A stretch of 64,000 nt of DNA, from NCBI GenBank assembly GCA_964594455.1, contig CAZQLY010000002.1:3819-67818 (forward strand), given 5' to 3'. A program made the position numbers and the translations under genes. The notes under the pieces are model-generated. The model did not search any database, was not told the DNA's origin, and saw nothing but the letters and a program-made list of their open reading frames with translations. This stretch comes from an uncultured Gammaproteobacteria bacterium (GTDB lineage: Bacteria > Patescibacteriota > Patescibacteriia > JAHIZJ01). The stretch's first letter is position 1. Each line of letters opens with the position of its first letter. Positions 9,555 to 18,099 of the stretch are shown here, in pieces.

Positions 9555-12500
9555 TCAAGGTATGTCTATCACCCAACCCGGTCTGATCAAGCCCGGGTTT
9601 GTTTGTAACGAAGAGTAAGTCGAAATGTTCGCAGCAATCAACTTGATGTAGTCTGTCCCGTTGCCGTAGTATTGTTCCGCAATTTTCCATAATGAATCAC
9701 CGCTTTTGATTTGATAAGTTACAGATTGATCAAAAACAACAGCCTTTTTACCGGTATTGGGAGAAACACTAGTCTTGGTAAATTTTACGGGTTCAGAAGG
9801 TTCGCTAGCTATACCATTTTCATCACAAGCAACAATGGTTACAATATGTTCCCCATCGGCTAACCCATAATTTGTTGAAACATCAACTGAGAAGTTGGCT
9901 GTACCAGAGTCGTCATTATTTACCTTAATTTCATCTACCAAATCACCGTCTATATACACCTTAAGGTAGGAATCGTTTCGGGCGATCCCAGGAATAAGTA
10001 TTGACGGAGAATCCCCATCTTTGACAACCGGTTTAGTTAAGGTTGGCGGAACATACGGGGTGGGTATTTTGAAATTAACTGCTGATGTCTTTTTACTGCG
10101 ATGGCTATCTGACCAAGCTTCAACGCGAAGGGTGTGCCAACCCACTGACAGTTTTAAAAATGGAAGATAAGAAAAATTACCAGTTCCTGATGAATCTACA
10201 GTAGCTGTAGTGTAGCCATTATACTGGCCGTCAATAAATACTTTTACTATGTTTCCGCTTTTGGCTAAACCCGTTATACGGGGTTTTGGATTGCCGACTG
10301 TTTGTTCATCCGCTGGTGAGATTATCGTTGGAGTGGGTAGATCAAAGGTGTAAGGTCCGGAAACGGGCTCAAGAAAAGGTTGCTCCTCTTCTTCGGTTTC
10401 TGGTGTATCAGTTTCTTCCTCTTCTTCTTCAACTTCTTGAGCTATTGTTGTAAATGTAGCGTCGGCATCAATAGCAGTTGTATTGCCTGTTGAGAGGACT
10501 TCATAGTGATACCGGGTTCCAGGAACAAGATTTGTAAGGGTCAAAGAGTGGTTTGTTACCAGAGCCGAATTAGAAACTTCACTGCCGTAGTCTATAGTTA
10601 ATCCGTAGCGCACTTTTGAACTAGAGGCATGATTTGTTTTCCAGGTAATAGTGACGCCAGTCTCGGTTAATTGACTCACTTGAACTTTAGTTATAAGGGT
10701 GGGCTCTAGTTCGGACGTGGCGCTTGATTGGATAGTAGAGGTTGTTGGATTGTCCGCTTTGTCTTGAGCCAGCACCCGATAATAGTAGGTTTGATTATCA
10801 TTTAAGCCGGATAAGGTAACGCTATGATCCGTAGTTAGAGTTGAGTCCAGGGTGGTAATGTAACCGAGTGATTCTGAAGCTCCCCATTCCACCTGAGTGG
10901 TAGTTGGTTCGCTTGTTTCCCAGGTAATGATTATTTGGTTGGTTTCTGTATCTGCTTGAATATTAGAGATTTCACTGGCTATCGTATCTTTTTTAATTGT
11001 GAAAACATCAGTTGAAGTTTTTATATTGCCAGCCAGGTCAGCCGTTTTGACGGAAACATAGTTTGTTCCTTCTGATAAAGTATCAAAGGTCGGCTGCCAG
11101 TCAGTACTGTAAGAGGCTTGGTCTTCCGTAAAGATATTTGTCCAGCCAATAATATCGGTGCCCCCAGAAGAAGAGCCGACTGAATATTGAGCATAATCTA
11201 GGTTTGAGCCACTACCTTGATTAGAAAAATCAACATCATAACTAATTCCAGAATTTAGCCATCCCCGATCAGTCGTCTCGTTGTCTGTTACAGAAGGTTC
11301 AACCGTGTCGACAGTAAAACCATTTGAGCTTGCTGATTCACCAGCCAATCCGGCGTTGTCTACACCTCTGACAGAAACATAATAAGTTTCGTTTTCTAAT
11401 AGACTCTGCCCCGACAAATCAAGAGTCAGGGTGGTATCATGGTCAGTCCAATCAATTAAATCAGTGCCGCCGCTAGTAGTGCCCACTGCATACTGATATT
11501 TATTCAAACCGGATGTAGCGTCTGTGATTGTATCCCAATTTGATTGGATGACAGTGTTTGAATTACTCCAGGTAATATCGTCTGATAAACCGTCTGATAT
11601 TTGAGCAGTGGTTGGCGGATCAACTGAGTCATAGAAAAACGGTCCAAGCGTAACAGCATCATCGTTTGAGCCAGCATTATCAGCGTTAAAGGATTTTAGA
11701 TGGAGGTATAAACCCGCACTCTCTACCCCGTCTATCGACAAGTCAGAAGCAGCCCATTGAGTTTCAGTATCGGTCCAGGTGTGTGAATCCGATTCATCCC
11801 AAACATATCTGAAATATTGGGTGCCACCAGCCCCCCAAGAATCATTATTTGTAAAATCAAACTTACCCGTGGTATACCAAGTGGAAGTAGAACGATCAGC
11901 AGCCACGTCGGGAGCGGGAGAATAAGTACGGACAGTATCAGCTGTTGAATAAGTAGTGGAACCAACAGGATTTGAAGCCCGCACTCGAGTGCAGTACAAA
12001 GTATTAGGAGTTAATCCGTCGATATCATATGAAGTGTTGTTGTAAGAAGCCGTTCCGTGTTCAGCATAGAGCCCGCACCCTTTACTATAGACTACATTTT
12101 CGACTCGGTAGTATTGTTCATTATTAGAATTATCCGACCAAGTGATAGTTAATTGATCGCTAGCGCTGGGTGACGTGGCCGCTCCAGAAGGAGCCGTAGG
12201 TGTTCCGACAAAAGTATCTATTACCGATGGAGATATTCCCCCAATGTCGATCAGTACCTGGTAATGTCCAGCAGTACGACAAGTGACAGTTTGATCAGTA
12301 AGCTGATATTCATTGACGCCGACAATAGGATTGGAAGGAACAGTAAAAGCAGTAAAACTATCATCCATCGTGACTGTTTGCAGGGTGGCATAATCATAGT
12401 ACTTCCAAGTGAAATCTTGAGGACTGCAAGTACCGGTCGTGTTCCACCAAACACCACCAAAGTCAAAAGTGTCCCAGATATCGCAGCCAGTAGTTTCGCC

Positions 12501-12953
12501 GGAAGCGCTTCGGTAAGCGGCACAGCCTGAAGGAACTCCGCCATCTTTTGCAACAGTCTGCTCAGGTGTAATTGAATAATAAGAAATTACGATCACGCTC
12601 AAAGTTTTCACAATAATAAGTAATACTGACAATAGAGCGGTAACTACTGAAACTTTTTGCATCAAAATATGCTGTTCATAGGAATCAATGAATTGCCCGC
12701 TACCATTTCGTCTAGCCAGAAGCTGAAAACTTTCGTAGGGAGTTTTGGTTAAAAAAACAGGAAGCGATACCAAGCAGACGGCGAAGTAAAGCAAGAATAT
12801 TGCTAATGAATAGATAGTTCCGAGAAAGAAGCGCGACCAAAAACTCACCAAATAATATTTTCGTGTTTTTAACAAATTTATCAGGCGAATCAGCTTACAT
12901 CTCATTTTTTTGCAGGCAGGGTACATATTGTTTAGGAGACAAAAAATCCCCAT
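9555..12953 (-). CDS. giant cell-surface protein with FN3-like and Ig-like repeats and a C-terminal LysM domain (1132-aa ORF; start may be at 12662)
   Basis: C-terminal LysM (YQIKSGDSLWKIAEQYYGNG...LIRPGWVIDIP); several FN3/purple-acid-phosphatase-N-like modules (ITWKTNHASSSKVRYGLTIDYG...TRYHYEV); two Ig-like modules (KVFIDGQYNG, KVYIDGDLVD); acidic EEEEEETDTPETEEEE linker; hydrophobic signal-anchor beginning MQKVSVVTALLSVLLIIV. Confidence 0.8.
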   Translation of the reverse strand: MGIFCLLNNMYPACKKMRCKLIRLINLLKTRKYYLVSFWSRFFLGTIYSLAIFLLYFAVCLVSLPVFLTKTPYESFQLLARRNGSGQFIDSYEQHILMQKVSVVTALLSVLLIIVKTLSVIVISYYSITPEQTVAKDGGVPSGCAAYRSASGETTGCDIWDTFDFGGVWWNTTGTCSPQDFTWKYYDYATLQTVTMDDSFTAFTVPSNPIVGVNEYQLTDQTVTCRTAGHYQVLIDIGGISPSVIDTFVGTPTAPSGAATSPSASDQLTITWSDNSNNEQYYRVENVVYSKGCGLYAEHGTASYNNTSYDIDGLTPNTLYCTRVRASNPVGSTTYSTADTVRTYSPAPDVAADRSTSTWYTTGKFDFTNNDSWGAGGTQYFRYVWDESDSHTWTDTETQWAASDLSIDGVESAGLYLHLKSFNADNAGSNDDAVTLGPFFYDSVDPPTTAQISDGLSDDITWSNSNTVIQSNWDTITDATSGLNKYQYAVGTTSGGTDLIDWTDHDTTLTLDLSGQSLLENETYYVSVRGVDNAGLAGESASSNGFTVDTVEPSVTDNETTDRGWLNSGISYDVDFSNQGSGSNLDYAQYSVGSSSGGTDIIGWTNIFTEDQASYSTDWQPTFDTLSEGTNYVSVKTADLAGNIKTSTDVFTIKKDTIASEISNIQADTETNQIIITWETSEPTTTQVEWGASESLGYITTLDSTLTTDHSVTLSGLNDNQTYYYRVLAQDKADNPTTSTIQSSATSELEPTLITKVQVSQLTETGVTITWKTNHASSSKVRYGLTIDYGSEVSNSALVTNHSLTLTNLVPGTRYHYEVLSTGNTTAIDADATFTTIAQEVEEEEEETDTPETEEEEQPFLEPVSGPYTFDLPTPTIISPADEQTVGNPKPRITGLAKSGNIVKVFIDGQYNGYTTATVDSSGTGNFSYLPFLKLSVGWHTLRVEAWSDSHRSKKTSAVNFKIPTPYVPPTLTKPVVKDGDSPSILIPGIARNDSYLKVYIDGDLVDEIKVNNDDSGTANFSVDVSTNYGLADGEHIVTIVACDENGIASEPSEPVKFTKTSVSPNTGKKAVVFDQSVTYQIKSGDSLWKIAEQYYGNGTDYIKLIAANISTYSSLQTNPGLIRPGWVIDIP

Positions 12954-13118
12954 AGGCCGTTTTGAAAATGGCCAGCACGGGGCAAAGTACGGGAATTATT
13001 TAATATACCCGACATATCGTATGTTGTTTTAGATTTTTATTTCTTTTTTTGAGCGTTTTCTTAATAAAAAAACGCTGTAATCTACTATTATTATACTCTG
13101 TATTTAGGAATTTGTCAA

Positions 13119-13550
13119 CTAAAAAGATATTTTTCTTTTGTTTTGATGGGTAGATTTTAGCAATACTACCTTTTTCTTACTAAAACTAGCGAAATAATTA
13201 CTAGGATTTTCTACCAAAACAATATTATCCGTATCGGATATTAGTTCATTAATTCCCAAGTCCTCTAATTCATCCCGAGAAGAAGTGCGATACGCGTCTA
13301 TATGAATCAGCCTTTTAGCCTTGCTATTTTTGGAATTTTTGTGTATGTTGTAAGGCTTAATTAAGACAAATGTTGGGCTTTGAATTTGTTCACTTATGCC
13401 AAAATATTGGCCAATTCCTTGAACAAAAGTCGTTTTTCCTGCGCCCAGATCGCCTTTAAGCAATACTAAATCCCCGCCACGTAACAATTTGGCTAATTTC
13501 AGCGCAATAAATTGAGTTTCAGTTGGAGATTTAGTTGAATAGAAAACCAT
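13119..13550 (-). CDS. tsaE: tRNA threonylcarbamoyladenosine biosynthesis protein TsaE
   Basis: P-loop LKGDLGAGKTTFVQGIG and YjeE/TsaE-type layout, 143 aa. Confidence 0.8.
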   Translation of the reverse strand: MVFYSTKSPTETQFIALKLAKLLRGGDLVLLKGDLGAGKTTFVQGIGQYFGISEQIQSPTFVLIKPYNIHKNSKNSKAKRLIHIDAYRTSSRDELEDLGINELISDTDNIVLVENPSNYFASFSKKKVVLLKSTHQNKRKISF

Positions 13551-13633
13551 ACAATATATTGTGTTTAGTGTCTTGACACCCCCCTCTGGCTGGGTTATGC
13601 TGGATAATTCTCAAGTTGTATTAGATAAAGAAA

Positions 13634-14767
13634 ATGGCTTTAAAACCACTCCAACAAGCAAAAGATATTATAGAAAAATCAAACAGCATCCTTATTGTTC
13701 TGCCCAGAGATCCTTCAGTTGATTCGGTTACCTCAGGGTTGGCCCTTTTTATGATATTCGAGAAGTTAAAGAAAGATAGCAAGGTTGTCTGCAATGAGTT
13801 TCGTCTTCCACCTAATGTGAACTTTTTGCCCAAGAGCCAGGATATACACACTGATTTAACGAGTTTAAGAAAGTTCATTATCTCACTGAACGTCAGTAGT
13901 ACTAAAGCTGAGGAATTGAGTTATGCCATCCAAGACAAGAAGCTCAATATTTATATTACACCACGTAATGGTTATTTTGAAGAAAAAGATGTTTCAGTTT
14001 CAGCCGGAGATTTTGCCTATGATTTAGTGGTTGTGGTTGGAGCCAGTGACCTGGAGTCTTTAGGTAAGTTATATGATGACCATACAGAATTTTTTTACCA
14101 TACACCAATAATCAATATTGATCATCAAGCAGCCAACGAAAACTTTGGCCAAGTTAATTTAGTCGAAATGACAGCTACTTCCAATTCAGAAATAGTATTT
14201 GAATTGATTAAAAATTTAGGCGATAATCATTTGGACGAATATATTGCCACTAATTTATTGACCGGCATCATATCCAAGACCAAAAGCTTCCAGAGCCCAG
14301 TAGTCACACCTAAGTCTTTGGCGGTGGCCAGTCATTTGATAACCTCGGGCGCCCGTAGGGAAGAGATAATAAAGAATCTATACCAAACCAAGTCCTTAAG
14401 CACGTTAAAGTTGTGGGGTAGAGCCTTGGCCAGGCTGAGAGCCACCAAGAATAATAAAGTGGTCTGGTCGCTTTTGACCGTTGAAGATTTCAAAAAGTCC
14501 GAAGCCGATGTTGATGAGTTGCCCGGCGTAGTTGATGAATTAATAGTAAATACGCCAGAGGCAAAAGCCATAACCATCCTATATGAAGCAAAGCAGAACA
14601 AAGTACAGGGAATAATTTATACTCCAGCTAACATTGATGCTCTTAAAATATTTAAAGATTACAAACCAAAAGGCAGCAAAGATTTTACAAAAATATATGT
14701 CGATAAGGCGGATTTAGTCCAGGCCGAACAAAAAGTAATAGATATTTTGAAAAAATACATAGACTAA
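13634..14767 (+). CDS. DHH-family phosphoesterase paralog (NrnA-like, degenerate motifs)
   Basis: NrnA-like architecture and length, but motif III reads NIDHQ rather than DHH and no GGGH DHHA1 motif is found; compare the canonical copy at 40800-41783. Confidence 0.55.
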   Translation: MALKPLQQAKDIIEKSNSILIVLPRDPSVDSVTSGLALFMIFEKLKKDSKVVCNEFRLPPNVNFLPKSQDIHTDLTSLRKFIISLNVSSTKAEELSYAIQDKKLNIYITPRNGYFEEKDVSVSAGDFAYDLVVVVGASDLESLGKLYDDHTEFFYHTPIINIDHQAANENFGQVNLVEMTATSNSEIVFELIKNLGDNHLDEYIATNLLTGIISKTKSFQSPVVTPKSLAVASHLITSGARREEIIKNLYQTKSLSTLKLWGRALARLRATKNNKVVWSLLTVEDFKKSEADVDELPGVVDELIVNTPEAKAITILYEAKQNKVQGIIYTPANIDALKIFKDYKPKGSKDFTKIYVDKADLVQAEQKVIDILKKYID

Positions 14768-14808
14768 AATAAATAGACAAAAAGCCGCCCAGAGCGGTTT
14801 TTTTAATT

Positions 14809-16557
14809 GTGGAAATTTGGTATAATAAAAGGGTTATGAAAGACGGTCCATCCTCAATTGAGGATCTCATAAAACAATCTCGTGCCGCTACAAAAAGCGC
14901 TAAACAAGCTCAAGGATCGAGCGATCCTTTGCAGCAGAAAATGCAGGAGATTGATATAAAAGAACAAGAACGAATAACGCGTGAGCATGCCCGCGAACTC
15001 GATCTTAATTTTATTAGCCTTAGAGGGTATCCTATCAGCCCAGAAACTATCGCTGTAATTTCGGAGGCTGAAGCCCGCCAGAACAAGGCTATTATTTTTT
15101 ATGAGGGGCAAGGTAGAGTACGTGTAGGCATAGTTGATCCTGACTTACCATCGCTAAAAGAGCTGATGAGCCGCTTGGGTAAACAGTACCACGGCCAGGT
15201 TGATATTTATCTAATATCTCTGGATAGTTTTAATCATGCTGTAAAAAACTATGAACGGGTGGTTAAGACCAAGGAGGTCAGTCGAGATGTCAAAATTAGC
15301 CAGGATGACATTTTGAGATACAAGGATGAAATTACCGACTTTACCGTCCTGGACCAAAAAATTAAAGAAGGAAACATCACAGATATTTTTACCATGATTC
15401 TGGCATCAGCCATCAATGCAGATGTTTCCGATGTTCACATTGAGGCGGAAGAAAAACATATAAAAGTACGTTTCCGGATAGATGGAGTGCTCTTTGATGT
15501 AGCTACAATGCCTAAGGAGCGTTGGCCTAGAGTAATCAGTCGCATTAAGCTGATCTCGCGCTTGAAGATGAATATTACTACCGTGCCTCAGGATGGCCGT
15601 ATCACCATTGATGTGGGAGACGATAAAGTGGATGTTCGTGTTTCCACCTTACCTACTTCTTATGGTGAGAGTATAGTAATGAGATTATTACGTTCTTCAG
15701 CCACTGGCTTGGCTTTTGATGACCTGGGGATCCGCGGCTTATCCTATGACCAGCTGAAACATGAAGTAAAAAGACCAAATGGAATGATCATCACCACCGG
15801 CCCGACTGGTTCTGGTAAGACTACTACGCTTTACGCCATTCTAAATTTGATTAACAATCCGGAAACAAAGATAGTTACCTTAGAAGACCCGGTGGAATAC
15901 AAACTAGAAGGCATCAGCCAGAGCCAAATAGATTCCAGCCGAGAATATACTTTTGCCAAAGGCTTGAGAGCTATTTTACGGCAAGATCCGGACGTAGTTA
16001 TGGTTGGTGAGATTCGTGATACTGAGACAGCCGAGATAGCCATCCAGGCCGCTTTGACCGGACACTTAGTGCTGTCTACTATTCATACCAACAGCGCAGC
16101 CGGAACCATCCCACGATTTATCGCCATGAATGCCAAACCGTTTCTATTAGCCCCGGCACTTAATGCGGTTATGGCTCAGCGCTTGGTCAGGCGAGTTTGT
16201 GAAAAATGCAAAGAGGAATATAAACCAACTGATGAGGAATTAAAGCGGATTAAAAAGATTGCTGAGAGTATGCCAGAAAAGTCTGGGTATAAGCCAAACA
16301 TAGAGACGATGAAGTTCTACCAAGGAAAAGGTTGCCCGGCTTGTAACAACATGGGGTTAAAAGGCCGGATCGGGCTTTATGAAGTAATGACCATGAGTCC
16401 GGAAATAGAAAAGATCATTCTATCTGGTTCGGTGTCGGAATATACGCTTCAGGAGGCAGCTATTAATCAAGGGATGATAACAATGGTTCAGGACGGGATA
16501 TTAAAGGCTGCTGATGGCATAACTACTCTTAAGGAAGTATTCAGAGTAGCCGAGTAG
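14809..16557 (+). CDS. pilB: type IV pilus assembly / type II secretion ATPase (PilB/GspE family)
   Basis: Walker A GPTGSGKTTT, Asp box, His box, tetracysteine motif CEKC...CPAC, N-terminal GSPII_E_N-like region; start may be the second ATG (MKDGP) at 14836. Confidence 0.85.
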   Translation: MEIWYNKRVMKDGPSSIEDLIKQSRAATKSAKQAQGSSDPLQQKMQEIDIKEQERITREHARELDLNFISLRGYPISPETIAVISEAEARQNKAIIFYEGQGRVRVGIVDPDLPSLKELMSRLGKQYHGQVDIYLISLDSFNHAVKNYERVVKTKEVSRDVKISQDDILRYKDEITDFTVLDQKIKEGNITDIFTMILASAINADVSDVHIEAEEKHIKVRFRIDGVLFDVATMPKERWPRVISRIKLISRLKMNITTVPQDGRITIDVGDDKVDVRVSTLPTSYGESIVMRLLRSSATGLAFDDLGIRGLSYDQLKHEVKRPNGMIITTGPTGSGKTTTLYAILNLINNPETKIVTLEDPVEYKLEGISQSQIDSSREYTFAKGLRAILRQDPDVVMVGEIRDTETAEIAIQAALTGHLVLSTIHTNSAAGTIPRFIAMNAKPFLLAPALNAVMAQRLVRRVCEKCKEEYKPTDEELKRIKKIAESMPEKSGYKPNIETMKFYQGKGCPACNNMGLKGRIGLYEVMTMSPEIEKIILSGSVSEYTLQEAAINQGMITMVQDGILKAADGITTLKEVFRVAE

Positions 16558-16573
16558 CTTATAAAAAACAAAA

Positions 16574-16600
16574 AAAGCGTCTTAAAACAAGGCGTTTTTT
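16574..16600 (+). terminator. rho-independent terminator after pilB
   Basis: gcgtctt-aaaac-aaggcgt hairpin (with G-U pairs) followed by TTTTTT. Confidence 0.5.
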
Positions 16601-16690
16601 GGTATATGTTGAAAAATAATAAAAAGTATGATATGGTATGAAAGTAGCCAACCCAAGGTAAATACAGGTTCAACACAAGGAGGGGTTGCC

Positions 16691-16990
16691 GTGTGTTTTG
16701 ACAGAGAAGCCTGGGAAAAGGGGTCTCAAGGGGTTCAGCCGGAAACTGTAAAAGGACTACGTACAACTGCGTCTGTTTTGGCTGATGTGCAAGGCGATCT
16801 GTGGGAAGCCGATCCTCGAGCCAAGCGTACGATACTGGTGGAGGCGCGGCCGCACTTAGCTAATCTGCGATCGCAACTCAGCCAAGTCAGGGTTCAGAGT
16901 CGGTGTCCTCAAGTACTGCCGTCACAAATCACCAAGGAAGAAGAGCTCCTTAGTTGGGCTGCAGGCTTTGCCTGGCACCCGGAGAGCTAG
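16691..16990 (+). CDS. hypothetical small protein in GC-rich islet (GTG start; ORF extends to 16628)
   Basis: AGGAGG-ggttgcc-GTG ribosome-binding context at 16674-16693; about 52% GC against about 40% background; no recognisable domain. Confidence 0.35.
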   Translation: MCFDREAWEKGSQGVQPETVKGLRTTASVLADVQGDLWEADPRAKRTILVEARPHLANLRSQLSQVRVQSRCPQVLPSQITKEEELLSWAAGFAWHPES

Positions 16991-17001
16991 CAGCTCAAAA
17001 C

Positions 17002-17033
17002 GGTCAGACTGCTTAGGTCTGACCTGTTTTTTA
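17002..17033 (+). terminator. rho-independent terminator
   Basis: ggtcagac-tgcttag-gtctgacc perfect 8-bp stem followed by TTTTTTATTT. Confidence 0.7.
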
Positions 17034-17040
17034 TTTAGGG

Positions 17041-17069
17041 TTGACAAGTCAGTAATGATTTGCTATTGT
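17041..17069 (+). promoter_or_regulatory. sigma70-like promoter
   Basis: TTGACA (17041-17046), 17-nt spacer, TATTGT (17064-17069); precedes the ORF at 17127. Confidence 0.45.
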
Positions 17070-17126
17070 GTTATATCTGTAGTTTGGAGAAGTCTGGCTC
17101 ATTGAGCATCAATCCTGGAGGTTGCC

Positions 17127-17426
17127 ATGGTTTTTAATTCTAACAACTGGCAAGAGGCAATAACTGGGATTGATCCCGAGTTGATTGCTTCAGTAGAGCG
17201 CTGGGCTCTACGTCTCTCATCTGAGTTGCCGTCGGATCCGAAGCTCAAGGATCTGAGGAACCCAAAGCAGGCGAACATCACTATGTTGGCATCATGCTTG
17301 GATGACGTGAAAAAGGCTAGCCCTAAGCCCGAGCTTCTTTCCGGCAGCAGTTTGTCGCCAGCGCGGCTGACTATTTGGGCTCTGGGCCTGGCTCGTCATC
17401 TGACTGGTCAGACGGTCGTTCATTAG
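17127..17426 (+). CDS. hypothetical small protein, weak paralog of the 16691 ORF
   Basis: ribosome-binding context GGAGG-ttgcc-ATG is nearly identical to that of the 16691 ORF; N-terminal F-x4-W-x5-G-x2-PE pattern shared between the two proteins; no known domain. Confidence 0.35.
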   Translation: MVFNSNNWQEAITGIDPELIASVERWALRLSSELPSDPKLKDLRNPKQANITMLASCLDDVKKASPKPELLSGSSLSPARLTIWALGLARHLTGQTVVH

Positions 17427-18099
17427 GGTCGGAACTATGTTCTGACCCTTCTTTTTTTAGATCTTCAATCAATGACCTAGCTTGAAGAAAATAATCTGTG
17501 GTTTGTACCCACTCAGTACCGTAACCTTGTCTATCTACAAAGATACGATCGTCATCAAAAAAATATTCCTTTGGTACATCAATACCGTGCTCTTTGTACA
17601 GCCTAACGCTGACATATTCATTAAACGACCGCAAAGCCCCCAGAGTAGTATCGTGAGTTACTCTTCTGTCCTGATCAGCTCTAGCCATTCTTTCGGCGTA
17701 TACTCTATCCATCATGCGAAATCGGCCCCTACGTATATGTTCAAACTTCTGTACGGTTTGACCATAATGACGACAATACCTTTTTACCTCATCTAATAAA
17801 GAGGCTACCGTTTCTAAGATTTTTTCTGTGGTGGCGGCATCCAGTTTTTTTTCAGCACAGGCTGGCTTCAGCCAACTATTGATTTGTTCTATTTTAACAA
17901 TATTTGTTGGTTGGGCTAGATATTCTTGAATCTCCGGGCTTTCGTGAAAATCACGCTCAAGTTGCTCAGCCTCTTTCGGAGGAATTTTTTCTATTACCAG
18001 CTCGGTATTTTCCACTTTTTCATGAAGTCGGTTATCTGATTCGTCTCGATCAGGTCTTTCGCCTTCATTTTGGATGAATACTGGTCCTCTTTCACGCAT
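17371..18099 (-). CDS. hypothetical protein translationally coupled to valS
   Basis: its start ATG overlaps the valS stop (ATGATGTGA arrangement at 18092-18099); 242 aa with acidic termini; no recognisable domain. Confidence 0.5.
   Translation of the reverse strand: MRERGPVFIQNEGERPDRDESDNRLHEKVENTELVIEKIPPKEAEQLERDFHESPEIQEYLAQPTNIVKIEQINSWLKPACAEKKLDAATTEKILETVASLLDEVKRYCRHYGQTVQKFEHIRRGRFRMMDRVYAERMARADQDRRVTHDTTLGALRSFNEYVSVRLYKEHGIDVPKEYFFDDDRIFVDRQGYGTEWVQTTDYFLQARSLIEDLKKEGSEHSSDPNERPSDQSDDEPGPEPK

Noticed and set aside
11732-12553. ORFs 11732-11965 -, 12251-12553 - and 12264-12530 + inside the 1132-aa gene
   Set aside because: Shadow frames of the giant LysM protein gene with no independent signals.
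12663-12953. 97-codon N-terminal extension of the 1132-aa ORF (MGIFCLLNNMYPACKK...)
   Set aside because: Possibly translated, but the hydrophobic signal-anchor begins at the internal ATG at 12662 (MQKVSVVTALL...), which is the more plausible start. I kept the full ORF coordinates and flagged the alternative.
12960-13118. Hairpin agcgtttt-cttaat-aaaacgct at about 13060-13090 as a terminator
   Set aside because: The flanking T-run is on the wrong side for either strand, so it is not a canonical intrinsic terminator. It was left unannotated.
13621-13878. 85-aa ORF on the - strand overlapping the start of the DHH-family gene
   Set aside because: Antisense to a well-supported gene and low complexity, so likely spurious.
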